Shown: piece by piece, positions 38,767-49,194 of the stretch
How the letters are laid out: every line of letters begins with the position of its first letter
Position numbering within the stretch: position 1 is the stretch's first letter
Origin: an uncultured Treponema sp.
GTDB taxonomy: Bacteria; Spirochaetota; Spirochaetia; Treponematales; Treponemataceae
Assembly: GCA_937894335.1 (NCBI GenBank)
Contig: CALCRU010000055.1
Span: forward strand, 46,095 to 110,094
Direction: 5' to 3'
Length of the DNA stretch: 64,000 nucleotides
The notes under the pieces: model-generated
Databases searched by the model: none
What the model was told of the DNA's origin: nothing
What the model saw: the letters and a program-made list of their open reading frames with translations, nothing else
Made by a program: the position numbers and the translations under genes

Positions 38767-40425
38767 CTAAAAATAATATGCGCTGTCTAAGGAGGAAGCA
38801 AGCTGAAGACTCATCTCTAGCCAGCCGTTTTTCCTTCGTTGCGTATAGAGAGTAACATATATATAAGATTTTGTCTTGTCAAATTCTATTCCCAAAATCT
38901 GAACAGGGTCGCCTTCTGAAAATGAAGTATCGTCGGCACTACTTGCTTTAAGAACTTTTGTAACCGTGTACATTTTTTTGTTTGACGCAGAAGAACGAAG
39001 CAGTTCCATGCCAAAAATTGGAAGCAGTGAATGTTCTATGATATCAGTCTGATAAATTTCGTAACCGGGAGAAGAAGGTCGCTCGTCAAGGTAGACAAGC
39101 ACTGTCTTTTTTTCGTCCTCTGTATTGCGCACCCGAACCCTGCACACTACACCGCTCTGCATCTGCATAAATTTGTTCTGAAGGTCGTCAAGGGAAGAAA
39201 TAACTGTTCCGTCAACCGCTTCTATTATGTCGTCAGGGCGAATGCCGGCCCTGTAAGCGCTTCCCCCGGGCATTACATACTGAACCAGTACGCCATTATT
39301 TTTTGCAGAGGCACCAGAAAGTCTGTTTGTTCTTCCGTAGGCTCCAATCCAAGGATGAGTTCTTTTTCCTCCTGCAAAGAGTATGGGAAGTTCGTTCCTA
39401 AGATATTCAACAGGAATTGCAAAGTTAAGCCCTTGATAATTTTCAACACCAGCAAAAACCACAGCCTGCACCCTGCCCGCTTCGTCTATAAGAGGACCGC
39501 CAGAGTTTCCGCTGTTTACCGCCGCATCAATCTGGAACACAACACCTTCGGTAAAGAGCCGCCTGTCCGTTGCAGAAATGATTCCGCTAGTAAGAGTTCT
39601 GTCCAGTCCCAAAGGAGAGCCTATTGCATAAACTCTGTCGCCTACATCAAGGTCGCTACTGGAGCCTAACGAAAAAACATAGGGAGCGGTTACTTCTGTC
39701 TTTAAAAGCGCTAGATCAAGAACCGAATCCCAACCCACAACTTTTGCAGGAATACGGGTGTCTGGGTCATCGGCAAGTTTTATGTAGAGTCTGGAAAAAC
39801 CTTCGTAAGCCGGATCAACAACATCGCTTATGACATGATGGTTTGTTACAATGTATCCGTCTTCAGAAATAAAAAATCCACTTCCAAGAGTTGCATCCTG
39901 TACTCCCATGCCGTGGGAAACTTTAAATCCCTTGTCTACATACACAGTTACGGTGCCACGGATGTAAGAAGAAACCTTCTGCTGGCTTGCTAAAGATTTT
40001 TTTAATCCTGGAACATTCTGTACGCTTTGTGCTGTAAGTTCCGCCTTTTGAACGGAAAGAGAAGAAAGTCCTGCATAGGAACATGCCTCCAGTGAAGAAA
40101 AGCATCGTAGGGCAGTCATGCTGTCTTCTTCTTCAAGGGCAGTCTTGTATTCTTCTACCACAGCCTCTTCGCACAGGGAAAGAATCTCGCGGGAAATGTC
40201 GCAGTCATTGTTCTGAACAAGAAGTTTGGCTCGCCAAAGGGCACGGACATTTTCTTCCGAGTCCAATATGAGCCTAATCCTGTCGGCTTCGGTTTGGGCG
40301 CTGTCTGATGCAGTGTAGTCAATTTCTTCATAGGATTTTGTTCCTGCAGTCTTGTCCATTGTTCTGCAGCAGGAAAGAGCAAGGCTTAGAAAAAGGAAAA
40401 CCGCACTGGTCAAACGCCTATTCAT
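38767..40425 (-). CDS. HtrA-like trypsin serine protease with PDZ domain, probable lipoprotein
   Basis: GSGF, TNHHV, DLAL and GNSGGP triad motifs, PDZ; LSC lipobox-like; start placed after GGAGG. Confidence 0.88.
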   Translation of the reverse strand: MNRRLTSAVFLFLSLALSCCRTMDKTAGTKSYEEIDYTASDSAQTEADRIRLILDSEENVRALWRAKLLVQNNDCDISREILSLCEEAVVEEYKTALEEEDSMTALRCFSSLEACSYAGLSSLSVQKAELTAQSVQNVPGLKKSLASQQKVSSYIRGTVTVYVDKGFKVSHGMGVQDATLGSGFFISEDGYIVTNHHVISDVVDPAYEGFSRLYIKLADDPDTRIPAKVVGWDSVLDLALLKTEVTAPYVFSLGSSSDLDVGDRVYAIGSPLGLDRTLTSGIISATDRRLFTEGVVFQIDAAVNSGNSGGPLIDEAGRVQAVVFAGVENYQGLNFAIPVEYLRNELPILFAGGKRTHPWIGAYGRTNRLSGASAKNNGVLVQYVMPGGSAYRAGIRPDDIIEAVDGTVISSLDDLQNKFMQMQSGVVCRVRVRNTEDEKKTVLVYLDERPSSPGYEIYQTDIIEHSLLPIFGMELLRSSASNKKMYTVTKVLKASSADDTSFSEGDPVQILGIEFDKTKSYIYVTLYTQRRKNGWLEMSLQLASSLDSAYYF

Positions 40426-42526
40426 CATCATCCTCCGGAATTCTGTACAGAGGAATGAGCTTTGCAAAGTAATTGTTTCCTATGCGAACTGCAAGAACCT
40501 GCTGGTTGCCTTCTCGCACTATCATGCTCATGCCCTGCTCTCCGGTGGCATCAAGTTTTGCTATTGCGGCCTTTGCAAGCGCAGAAGTTCCCAAAGTGCC
40601 AATCCAGTAAAGGCGAGTTGAACCTTCTTTTGTAAGGGTAAGTTCACCTTCGTCTGTTTCTACACTGACTGGAACTCCGTCAATGGAAGTAACTGTTACA
40701 ATCCTGCGCTCAGTAATCTGATAAAACTGAGCCTCTTCCTTAAGAGGTTCCTTTTCTCCAAAGGCATTTGTATTGCGAGGATAGCGTACGGAACGAATGT
40801 CCCACAAGCCGTCACCGTCTAAATCCCAGGAAGTAATTTTTCCTTCGTGGGGAAGATACTCTTCTATGAACTCTGGCACGGTGTCTCCATCTGCGTCTAC
40901 AGAAATGTAACTAAGGTAAAAGCCTGCACCTTCGTCGGGAGTTCCAAAGAGATTGGTCATAACGGAACGCTCGTCTTCAAGACAATGCACAGCCATGCTT
41001 CCGTCATAATCGTAACCGTATACTTCTGTGGTTTCAAACGAACCGTTGTCGTCACGGTCTACAAGGCGAGAATATGGAAAGCCGTCGACAAAATGAGTCT
41101 GGGCGTAAACTTTTCCTTCTGAATCTGCGTAGGAGGCAAACTGAAGTCTTCCGTCAAGAACAGTAAATGTAATGGAGGCGTTTTCCTTTTCTGAAGAAGG
41201 CATTGAGTATTCGTAGCATGCAGTCATAAGCAGGTCGTCGGTAACAGTAGGTGCGTCAGGAATAAGCAAGGGCACATAAAATTCTGCACCTGTGGCAGCG
41301 GCTATAGACTGTTCTATTTCTATTGTAACAGGAGACCATGCAACTTCGTCCCTTACAAGGCGGAATGTGAGCAAGGTGTCTCTTGCAGAACCTCTGTAGA
41401 CTGCGTAAGAAAGATAGGGAAAAGTATCCCAGTCAAGTTCCAGTCCCTGAGGAGGAATGAATGCATGAATGGGAACTCCAAAGTCTGCAATAATTTGCCA
41501 GTCAGTAATTCCGTCCTGATTTTTGTCGTAGATAATGTTGTCGGGGCGACCACGGTAGTACTTTACATACATGTTTACAATTCCGTCACCGTCGGTGTCC
41601 TGAGTAAGGAGTCCCTCAAAAGAAGTAAAGTATGTGTTGGCCTGAACCTTTACTTGGGTTTCGGTAATGCAGGGAATAAAATCTAGAAGGGTCTTTATGT
41701 CTATTTCTACATTTGCAAAGGAAGTAATGTAGTCAAAGGCTTCCTGCTGAGTAAGGAGTCCGGCATTAAGGGCAACCTTTGCAAACAGGGGATGCCTAAG
41801 TCCGCGACCGTTAAATGACTGCAACATGCGCACCTGTTCTTCGTCCCTTGCAAAAAGGGCTGCATAAATTTCAAGTTCCGTGTCCTTGTCTGGAGCCGCT
41901 GCCGCATACTGTGAAATTTTTGTAAAGAAAAAATCTGCCAGTCTGCGAACTTCCGCATTCTGACTTTGGGGATTTTCGTACTTGTAAAAGAGCAGGGGAA
42001 ATCTTGTATCAAGAGGATATATTTTTCTTGCACTGTCAACCTTTGCTCTTGCCTTGGAAAGAGAGTCTGGAGTTGCAATTATATAATATGCCTTTGCCCG
42101 GATGTATTCTGCATCAGCGGAATAGATTAACGGAGATGCATCCAGTATTGCAGGAACAAGAGCAGCGTTTCCAGTGTCGCACAAAAGATCTGCATAGAGG
42201 ACTCTTGCACTGTCTCTGTTGTAGTCAACCCATTCTCCGCCAGTTAGGGAAGCCTGCACCAGAGGAATGACTTCGGCCTTTGAGTCTCCCAACTGATTTT
42301 TTGCATAGGCCAACATGTAGTACAAATCCGAAATGGTATCGTCATAGGCAAGCCCCTGAGAAGCAAGGGATTCTACGCTTGACCATGCACGGGAAGAGGC
42401 ATACTCCTTTGCAAGGGAAAGGCAGCGTAATGCAGTACGCCTGTTTGCAGTGGTCGCATTCTGTCCGTAGGCAAAACTTACTGCAAGAATTAAAAAACAC
42501 AGTGTAAGGCAAACTTTATTTTTCAT
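40418..42526 (-). CDS. Exported hypothetical protein (TPR-like N-terminus, DxDGDG loops)
   Basis: Signal peptide, helical repeats, several DxDxDG Ca-binding-like motifs; alternative start 42547. Confidence 0.7.
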   Translation of the reverse strand: MKNKVCLTLCFLILAVSFAYGQNATTANRRTALRCLSLAKEYASSRAWSSVESLASQGLAYDDTISDLYYMLAYAKNQLGDSKAEVIPLVQASLTGGEWVDYNRDSARVLYADLLCDTGNAALVPAILDASPLIYSADAEYIRAKAYYIIATPDSLSKARAKVDSARKIYPLDTRFPLLFYKYENPQSQNAEVRRLADFFFTKISQYAAAAPDKDTELEIYAALFARDEEQVRMLQSFNGRGLRHPLFAKVALNAGLLTQQEAFDYITSFANVEIDIKTLLDFIPCITETQVKVQANTYFTSFEGLLTQDTDGDGIVNMYVKYYRGRPDNIIYDKNQDGITDWQIIADFGVPIHAFIPPQGLELDWDTFPYLSYAVYRGSARDTLLTFRLVRDEVAWSPVTIEIEQSIAAATGAEFYVPLLIPDAPTVTDDLLMTACYEYSMPSSEKENASITFTVLDGRLQFASYADSEGKVYAQTHFVDGFPYSRLVDRDDNGSFETTEVYGYDYDGSMAVHCLEDERSVMTNLFGTPDEGAGFYLSYISVDADGDTVPEFIEEYLPHEGKITSWDLDGDGLWDIRSVRYPRNTNAFGEKEPLKEEAQFYQITERRIVTVTSIDGVPVSVETDEGELTLTKEGSTRLYWIGTLGTSALAKAAIAKLDATGEQGMSMIVREGNQQVLAVRIGNNYFAKLIPLYRIPEDDDE

Positions 42527-42547
42527 CAGACTTCCTCTATCCAACAT

Positions 42548-43921
42548 CTATCTAACAATCCAATTTTCAAATCCAAGAAGACTTCCCCAAATGCAGACCA
42601 AGGGCTGGTCCTCCTTAGACAGATCCTGAACGACGGGAACATGCTGTTTTTTGGAACAAGCCTTCCATCCGTCCAGAATGCCCTTTATACTACGCATGCT
42701 TCCGTCTGCATTCCTTATGCTGTCTCCGCTTATGGGGCTTCGTATGCAAACGGGAAAAGACACGCCAGAAAGACTTATGCTTTTTCCGCAAGTCTCTTCG
42801 CAAAGGAGCATTCCACCCTCTACGCAGTGGGCAGAAAAACAAAAGTCTCCGCAGGAAACACTTCCCTCTTCCCTAAGTATAGCAGAGAATCCGCTTTCTG
42901 TAACTACCCTGCCCTTTTTTTGAAGTACAATTTTTTCTTCGTCAATAAGGGCTTCCAGTAAGCCAGTTTCGCACCGTCTGCTTTTTCTGTCATCTGCACA
43001 CAAATGAGCAAAAGTACACAAATCCTGTACAAAAGAAAAAGGAACCCTTTGGGAAAGGGACAGTTCTTCCAGAGCAAGGTAGACAAGTCTTCTGCCAACA
43101 GCCCCACTGGAAGACGCAAAAAGTTTTGTGTCAAAGACTGCCGACTGACCTTCGCCGTTTACCCTTACTGCTTTGGAGAAAAGTTCACGGGCAGAAGAAA
43201 AAAGAGCTTCGTCATCTTCTGACATTTTTTGTCTTAAGGAAGACAGTGCGTTTTTCCATCCGGGAAATTCTTCATCCAACAAAGGAACAACACAAGAGCG
43301 TATTCGGTTACGCAAAAAGGTAGTGTCTGCATTCGTGCTGTCTGTTCTATAATCCTGCCCCAGAGCCTTAAGATATGACTCAACTTCGGTTCGGCTTACA
43401 TCAAGAAGCGGTCTAATAAAGTTCCCTCTGCGGTAAGGAATGCCCTTTAGTCCTTCGGCGCCGCTTCCCTGCAAAAAGCGCATAACAAGGGTTTCGGCAT
43501 TGTCGGATAATGTGTGGGCTGTACAAAGAGCGTCAACTTTGGTTGTCTTTATAAAATTTTCAAATGCTTCGTAACGGACTGCCCTAGCCGCTTCTTCAAG
43601 ACCAGTTTTTCTAACCGAGGCAAGTTCGTAAATTCTGTTTTTAGGAATGTCTAAACGGGTACAGGGAATATTTATGGAGGAACACAAGTTCTGAACAAAA
43701 GATGCATCGCCTGAAGTTTCTTCTTCTCTTCGCAGATTGTGGTTTACCGTAATAACTTGAATTTTTGCAGAGGAAGGTAGAATGTTTTTAAGGGCAAGAA
43801 GAAGGCTTACAGAATCCGCACCACCGGAAACCGCTACACCCAGAGAAAGATTTTTGTCCTTTATGTTGATTCCGCACTTGACTAGGCAGGCAGAAACTTT
43901 TTTTTCAAATGCACAGACCAT
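42548..43921 (-). CDS. tilS: tRNA(Ile)-lysidine synthetase
   Basis: AVSGGADS PP-loop, NHNLR, EEAARAVRY, AHTLSDNAET, RPLL, DSTN, RNRIR. Confidence 0.93.
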   Translation of the reverse strand: MVCAFEKKVSACLVKCGINIKDKNLSLGVAVSGGADSVSLLLALKNILPSSAKIQVITVNHNLRREEETSGDASFVQNLCSSINIPCTRLDIPKNRIYELASVRKTGLEEAARAVRYEAFENFIKTTKVDALCTAHTLSDNAETLVMRFLQGSGAEGLKGIPYRRGNFIRPLLDVSRTEVESYLKALGQDYRTDSTNADTTFLRNRIRSCVVPLLDEEFPGWKNALSSLRQKMSEDDEALFSSARELFSKAVRVNGEGQSAVFDTKLFASSSGAVGRRLVYLALEELSLSQRVPFSFVQDLCTFAHLCADDRKSRRCETGLLEALIDEEKIVLQKKGRVVTESGFSAILREEGSVSCGDFCFSAHCVEGGMLLCEETCGKSISLSGVSFPVCIRSPISGDSIRNADGSMRSIKGILDGWKACSKKQHVPVVQDLSKEDQPLVCIWGSLLGFENWIVR

Positions 43922-43944
43922 TTTGAGAAGTGTAGCACATTTGC

Positions 43945-43976
43945 AAAAAAAAAGCACCCTCCCCAAGGAAGGATGC
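43945..43976 (-). terminator. Intrinsic terminator after rplY
   Basis: GCATCCTTCC-TTG-GGGAGGGTGC followed by T9. Confidence 0.85.
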
Positions 43977-44019
43977 CCTTATGCGGTTAAGCCTAAAGTA
44001 GAAAGCTAGCTAACAGCGA

Positions 44020-44574
44020 TTATTTCTTTGGAGGTGCAACAGAAATAATAACATCTTCTGCAGGTGTCATAACTGTTACCTTGTCGCCCAGGTTAAGGTC
44101 TTTAACAAGGAGTTTTTCTCCAATCTTGATTGCAGAAACTTCGGCAACAACTGTTGTAGGAAGATCCTGAGGAAGTGCCTTAATTTTAATCTGAGGAATG
44201 TGCTTTACCATGAATCCGCCCTGAAGAACACCAGCAGGAGTTCCTGAGTAGTGGATTTTGTAAGTATAGATTACAGGCTTTGTTCCACTAACAATGTGGA
44301 AGTCGGCGTGAAGGTTTTTGTCAGCCTTGATGTCATATTCTGTAGACTGAATGAAAGCCATGTTGTCCTGACCGTCAATCTTAAGGTTGATAGTTGTTGA
44401 AGGGGTGATTGTGCGCCAAACCTTTGAAAATTCCGTAGCATCAATGTCAAGCATAATTGACTCGCCCTTTTCGTTATACGCAACTGCAGGAAGTCGTCCC
44501 TGTGCACGAAGTTTTTTTGCAACTCGCTTACCTGTTTCTTTACGGGTTTTAGCATTGATTACAAACTGTTCCAT
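44020..44574 (-). CDS. rplY: 50S ribosomal protein L25 / Ctc
   Basis: KKLRAQGRLPAVAY, LHADF, GTPAGVLQGG. Confidence 0.92.
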   Translation of the reverse strand: MEQFVINAKTRKETGKRVAKKLRAQGRLPAVAYNEKGESIMLDIDATEFSKVWRTITPSTTINLKIDGQDNMAFIQSTEYDIKADKNLHADFHIVSGTKPVIYTYKIHYSGTPAGVLQGGFMVKHIPQIKIKALPQDLPTTVVAEVSAIKIGEKLLVKDLNLGDKVTVMTPAEDVIISVAPPKK

Positions 44575-44614
44575 TGTAAGCTCCTTATAAAAAAATTATC
44601 AATTGTTTATAAAT

Positions 44615-44687
44615 CTGGGACGGCTGGATTCGAACCAGCGGAATGACGGCACCAAAAGCCGTTGTCTTACCACTTGACGACGTCCCA
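44615..44687 (-). tRNA. tRNA-Gln(TTG)
   Basis: TGGGACG/CGTCCCA acceptor, ACGGC-TTTTGGT-GCCGT anticodon arm, GTTCGAATC. Confidence 0.96.
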
Positions 44688-44724
44688 AAATTGCTACAGT
44701 TTATCCAAGACACTGAATGAGGAA

Positions 44725-45012
44725 TTATTCACCATCGGATTTCTCGGAAGAGTCCATTACATGACCCGCATTGAATTCCGCAAGAATTTTTTCCTGCATT
44801 TCGTTCCTGAATTCTGGGCTGACAGGATGCGCCACATCCTTGTACTCGCCTGTTGCCGTCTTGCGACTGGGCATTGCGATAAACAGCCCTGTCTTACCTT
44901 CGATGATCTTTACGTTATGAACGACAAAGCAGTTGTCAAAGGTAATGGTTACATACGCCTTTAGCTTTCCTTCATCATCTACCTTACGAATTCTTACATC
45001 CGTAACCTGCAT
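44725..45012 (-). CDS. spoVG: SpoVG nucleic-acid-binding regulator
   Basis: MQVTDVRIR, TFDNCFVVHNVKIIEG, LFIAMPSRK, YKDVAHP; ATG 45012 after GGAGG. Confidence 0.95.
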   Translation of the reverse strand: MQVTDVRIRKVDDEGKLKAYVTITFDNCFVVHNVKIIEGKTGLFIAMPSRKTATGEYKDVAHPVSPEFRNEMQEKILAEFNAGHVMDSSEKSDGE

Positions 45013-45033
45013 AAGCCTTTCCTCCACTTTATA

Positions 45034-45897
45034 TCAAGAACCCAGGACCATTACCTTCCATTTTTTGGAAAGTAGTTTCTGAGCTTTTAACGCACGCTCT
45101 TTTTCTTCAAAAATACCATACACCGTAGAGCCGGATCCGGACATGTCTGCAAAATCAGCACCATATTGATGCAGTTCTGCAAGGGCTTCCCCAATAAGGG
45201 GAATCTGTCGGACGACACAGGGCGTAAAATCATTTTTAAAAGTCCAAGCGCGGACGCCCATGGAGTACAACCTAGCAAGCGGCAGCCGTACAGTTGTATT
45301 ATATGTACCATCTTCGTCCACCCATCTGTATGCGTCTGCTGTAGACACAGAAACAGGCGGAAAAAGCAAAAGCACTGTGTAATCGCTTCTTGGGGGAATT
45401 GCAGAAACCCGTTCACCACGGCCTTCTACAATGGCGGCGTAAGGCTTTTTTTCTCCGGCTTCCAAAAGCGCATGAGTAAAAAAGAAAACATCGCTCCCAA
45501 CCTTAGATGCTATTGATTCGAAAGAAGTAGCATCTAGATGCGTGCCTAACAAAATGTCAAGGGATTGTAAAAAAGAAGAAGCATCACTTGAGCCGCCCCC
45601 CAATCCACCGCCAGCAGGAATGCGTTTTGTTAGTTTTACAGAAACGCCACGCCTTTCACCGGTCAGCACGCAGAAAGCTTTGTATGTAACAGTGATTGTG
45701 TTTGATAAGGGAAGTTCCATTTCGTCACACTCTACGACACAGGAATCCTTACAGTCCAAAAGGCTTACACTAACCAAATCGTAAACCGGCACAGTTGTAA
45801 AGATGCTCCGTATGTCATGAAAACCGTCGGAACGCTTCGGCATTACTTCCAAACCGAGGTTTATCTTTGCCGGCGCACAGACAGTTACACTGTTCAT
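45034..45897 (-). CDS. ispE: 4-(CDP)-2-C-methyl-D-erythritol kinase
   Basis: APAKINL, KRIPAGGGLGGGSSDA, GSDV, MSGSGS. Confidence 0.95.
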   Translation of the reverse strand: MNSVTVCAPAKINLGLEVMPKRSDGFHDIRSIFTTVPVYDLVSVSLLDCKDSCVVECDEMELPLSNTITVTYKAFCVLTGERRGVSVKLTKRIPAGGGLGGGSSDASSFLQSLDILLGTHLDATSFESIASKVGSDVFFFTHALLEAGEKKPYAAIVEGRGERVSAIPPRSDYTVLLLFPPVSVSTADAYRWVDEDGTYNTTVRLPLARLYSMGVRAWTFKNDFTPCVVRQIPLIGEALAELHQYGADFADMSGSGSTVYGIFEEKERALKAQKLLSKKWKVMVLGS

Positions 45898-45940
45898 ACG
45901 ATGTTAATTTAACGAAAAAATGCAGGAGTGTCAAGTTACA

Positions 45941-46073
45941 AAAGACTGTGTGCAGGGAAACAGGGGGCTCTCGGGAAAACCAGCCTGTCAAAACGGCTTC
46001 CGCATTACACTTGTGCAGATGTTTTACCAGTCGTTTTTCCCTACGCCTGCTTCTCACGCACACGGCATTCTTT
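45941..46073. repeat. Large imperfect palindrome related to the 29.6-kb element
   Basis: AAAGACTGTGTGC...GCACACGGCATTCTTT outer arms and GGGAAAA/TTTTCCC inner arms. Confidence 0.55.
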
Positions 46074-46083
46074 ATCTACACCC

Positions 46084-46112
46084 TTGCCCTCAGCGCAGAT
46101 GTTTTGTATATT
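46084..46112 (+). promoter_or_regulatory. Sigma70-like promoter of trxA
   Basis: TTGCCC-17bp-TATATT. Confidence 0.65.
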
Positions 46113-46143
46113 TGAAGTGAAAGAAACTTAAAGGAGGCATACT

Positions 46144-46458
46144 ATGGCAATTGCATTGAACGAAAGCAATTTTAAAAGCGAAGTGCTTGAAAGCACCACC
46201 CCCGTACTTGTTGACTTTTGGGCCCCCTGGTGCGGTCCATGCCAAATGATGGGTCCAATTGTGGAAGAACTGGCAGAAGAGCTTAACGGCAAGATAAAAG
46301 TTGGCAAGGTAAATGTGGACGAAAATCCTAACCTCGCTTCCCAGTATGATGTAATGAGCATTCCCTACTTTGTTCTGTTCAAAAACGGACAGGTAGTAGC
46401 TTCCCAAATAGGTGCCGTAGGAAAAGACGGACTTCTTGAACTAACGGCAAAAGCGTAA
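46144..46458 (+). CDS. trxA: Thioredoxin
   Basis: VDFWAPWCGPC; AAAGGAGG RBS. Confidence 0.97.
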   Translation: MAIALNESNFKSEVLESTTPVLVDFWAPWCGPCQMMGPIVEELAEELNGKIKVGKVNVDENPNLASQYDVMSIPYFVLFKNGQVVASQIGAVGKDGLLELTAKA

Positions 46459-46469
46459 GCGTAAAAAAA

Positions 46470-47195
46470 ATGAGAGAGCTGTGCTTCGACTGTCTTCGTC
46501 CCAAACAGTATTGCTACTGCAAATACATTTCGCCGGTTGAATGCGGAATAAAATTCATTTTCCTCATGCATCCCAAAGAGGCAAAAAAGCAGAGGACGGG
46601 AACAGGACGACTCTCTCATCTGTGTCTTCCCCAAAGTGAAATTCTTGTAGGAATTGACTTTACCAATAATGAACATCTTAACAGCCTGATAAATGATCCC
46701 AAATATCAGGCCTTTCTTATGTATCCCGGAGAAGATGCCCTTACTGCAAGTTCTTCAAAAATGAGGGAACTTCTTTGCCCCGAAAGCGACGAAAGTCAGG
46801 CTAAAAAAAAGATTCCCCTAATCATCATAATTGATTCAACTTGGTTCTGCTCAAAGAAAATGATAAAGCAAAGTAAAAACCTTCACACACTACCCAAGCT
46901 GTCCTTTAGCGGATCCTACAAAAGCATTTTTACATTCAAGACTGAACCTGAAGAGTACTGCATTTCCACCATAGAGTCATGCTACTATATGATTAAGGAA
47001 ATGCAAAAGGAAAACCTGTGTCCCAAAAATGCAGACACTGAGCCCCTCATGACCGTCTTCAAAAAGATGATTGTATTTCAGCTCGAAAAGGAAAACGAGA
47101 GGATTACCCTAGGTCTGCCCAGTACCCATCCAAAGGATTACAAGTACACAAAAATAAAGGAAATACCTAACTTTAATTCTTCCGGCCAGGACTAA
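46470..47195 (+). CDS. DTW-domain tRNA-uridine aminocarboxypropyltransferase
   Basis: N-terminal CxxC..CxC, HPKE, TGRL, IDSTW, ISTIE. Confidence 0.88.
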   Translation: MRELCFDCLRPKQYCYCKYISPVECGIKFIFLMHPKEAKKQRTGTGRLSHLCLPQSEILVGIDFTNNEHLNSLINDPKYQAFLMYPGEDALTASSSKMRELLCPESDESQAKKKIPLIIIIDSTWFCSKKMIKQSKNLHTLPKLSFSGSYKSIFTFKTEPEEYCISTIESCYYMIKEMQKENLCPKNADTEPLMTVFKKMIVFQLEKENERITLGLPSTHPKDYKYTKIKEIPNFNSSGQD

Positions 47196-48273
47196 AACCC
47201 TTTGTTCCTGTAACAAACCAGTCTCTTGCAGAAGAAGAAAAACCTTCGCAATCAAGAAGTTCCACGCCCTTACGGCTTAGCGACTTTGTTGCGGCTGTTT
47301 TAAGTTCTGTAATGTTTGCGGCAGTTTCAAAAGTGCAGGAAGCCTCGCCCTCCAAGTTACACCACAGCATAGACTCTTCCACTTCCGCAGCAAGGGACTG
47401 GCAGTAACTTTTCCACTGGCTTTCTTTGTCGTCAGTTCTGTAGGCAACCGCATCAATAATACGACCGCCACTGTTCATGTCCCTTAAGACAAGAATGTCT
47501 GTAGCGGCAAGAATCTTTTCGCAGTAGGGAGCCCAAAAGTCACGAGCTGTAGAAAGGCATTCATCCGCCCTTACAGAAGAAAGTCCTAGGTTAGAACCTG
47601 TTTCGTCTACGGCACCGCTGTCGGCTACATCGTTTTCTGTGGGAGTCTGAAGATGAAGGACAATGTATTCACCCTTTTTAACTTCGCAGGGAGGAAAGGC
47701 GTATTTTTTCTTACCAGCCTTTGAAGCGTTCTCAAACACAAGTCCGCTCAGGTTTCCTCCGGTAAGAACATAAAATTCCACATACTCGCTTCTTCCGTCC
47801 TGATTTTTCCAGTTGTTTCTTAGTTCAGAAAATGCAAGAACTGGAACATGTTCGTTAAAGCCGTTTACAGGAATGCTAAAAGTAAGGGTGTTTCCCCTTC
47901 TGTCTGCAATTTCTCCAGCAAGAACAAATTTTGCCCCTACTTCCAGATTCTCTGTACTTTCCACAATAATTTTTTTTCCCTCTCCATCATCCTCAGTAAA
48001 GAAGCTTACCTCCATGTCGCCTATGTCTCCAGAAGATTCCACCCGTGACAGGGAAACAAAGCGAGCCTCCACAGGTTTGGAAAAGGAAAGTTCCACCCGG
48101 GAAGGAGATGTTACCCCACAGGAAGAAAGAGCTGGAACCGAAAAGTCACCAGATAAAAGTTCTAGAGACTCGTGGGAAGAGCGACACCCTGCAGGAACAA
48201 GGGAAAGAAGTACGAGGAAAAAACACAAAAGTGAAATTGAAATTGTTTTTGCCAGATTTTTCAACACATTCAT
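47173..48273 (-). CDS. Hypothetical lipoprotein with lamin-tail-like domain
   Basis: Signal peptide ending PAGC; FSEL..EYVEF, GEYIVL and terminal SPGRKN motifs; ATG 48273 after GGAGG. Confidence 0.65.
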   Translation of the reverse strand: MNVLKNLAKTISISLLCFFLVLLSLVPAGCRSSHESLELLSGDFSVPALSSCGVTSPSRVELSFSKPVEARFVSLSRVESSGDIGDMEVSFFTEDDGEGKKIIVESTENLEVGAKFVLAGEIADRRGNTLTFSIPVNGFNEHVPVLAFSELRNNWKNQDGRSEYVEFYVLTGGNLSGLVFENASKAGKKKYAFPPCEVKKGEYIVLHLQTPTENDVADSGAVDETGSNLGLSSVRADECLSTARDFWAPYCEKILAATDILVLRDMNSGGRIIDAVAYRTDDKESQWKSYCQSLAAEVEESMLWCNLEGEASCTFETAANITELKTAATKSLSRKGVELLDCEGFSSSARDWFVTGTKGFSPGRKN

Positions 48274-48344
48274 ATAACCTCCGTGAACACCGAATTTTTT
48301 TTCGGCATTCACTTAAGTATATGAACGGTTTTACAAAAATTGCA

Positions 48345-49058
48345 CTAAAACAGGCGGATTGTTTCTACCATGTAGCGAATTGAAGTGCCAGTCTCGTCTT
48401 CCAGAGTTTTTTCTACTATAAAAACAAGGCTTTTTCCGCTTGCGTCGGTAAAGATGCTGTTGATTTTGTATGCGCTAATGCCCTTGCGCCTTATGTCGGG
48501 AGTACCAACTTTGTATGAGCCAAGGACTTTTCCGTTCTGGTCACGCTTTTCCAGATTGATGTAAAACGAAGAAGTAAGGTTTTTGCCTGAACCGTAGAAT
48601 GTGGGAACCAACTTGATGTAGTAGTAGACAGAAACAGAGTCTGTGGAAGATTCAAAGTCTTTAAACACTATTTCGTCAGTACCCTTCTTGCTTTCGCTGT
48701 CGCACACATACAGGAGGGTGGCGGCACTTGCAGGCTTAGCATTGTATTTTGCAGTCTTCCACTGGGTGTTTTTTACCAGAGATTCATAAGCCTCTTTGCC
48801 AGACTGTTTTTCAGTGGCAGAAGAAGGAGAGGTCTTGTACACTTCGTTGGGAACATAGTCATTTTTTACGACATCAACGGTATAGATTTCCGCCCATGCC
48901 TGAAATGTAACATCCGTTTTTCCATACTGACCAAACAGATAGGTAAGCCCGTCCTCCGAAAATCCTATGTCGTTGAACACAGCGGCATCTCCTGCAAATA
49001 CAAACTGAGGAGCTGCACAAAGGGCAACCATCGCAAGAAAAACGCCTATTCGCTTCAT
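48345..49058 (-). CDS. Secreted protein, DUF2259-like
   Basis: Signal peptide then GDAAVFNDIGFSEDG.TYLFGQYG. Confidence 0.7.
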   Translation of the reverse strand: MKRIGVFLAMVALCAAPQFVFAGDAAVFNDIGFSEDGLTYLFGQYGKTDVTFQAWAEIYTVDVVKNDYVPNEVYKTSPSSATEKQSGKEAYESLVKNTQWKTAKYNAKPASAATLLYVCDSESKKGTDEIVFKDFESSTDSVSVYYYIKLVPTFYGSGKNLTSSFYINLEKRDQNGKVLGSYKVGTPDIRRKGISAYKINSIFTDASGKSLVFIVEKTLEDETGTSIRYMVETIRLF

Positions 49059-49194
49059 AGATTCCTCCCGAAATCAAAAAATTCCTACTGTTTCAATTAT
49101 CGGCTTCCTATGCACCTTACTTTAATGCAAAAACTGTATGCTAGGTCTGCACATTCTTGTTGCAAATTTCTTCTGTGTGTTGTATCCTAACGGC

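Noticed and set aside
45815..46131. Cluster of short ORFs between ispE and trxA
   Set aside because: Mutually overlapping, cross both promoters, no RBS; a by-product of the GC-richer palindrome
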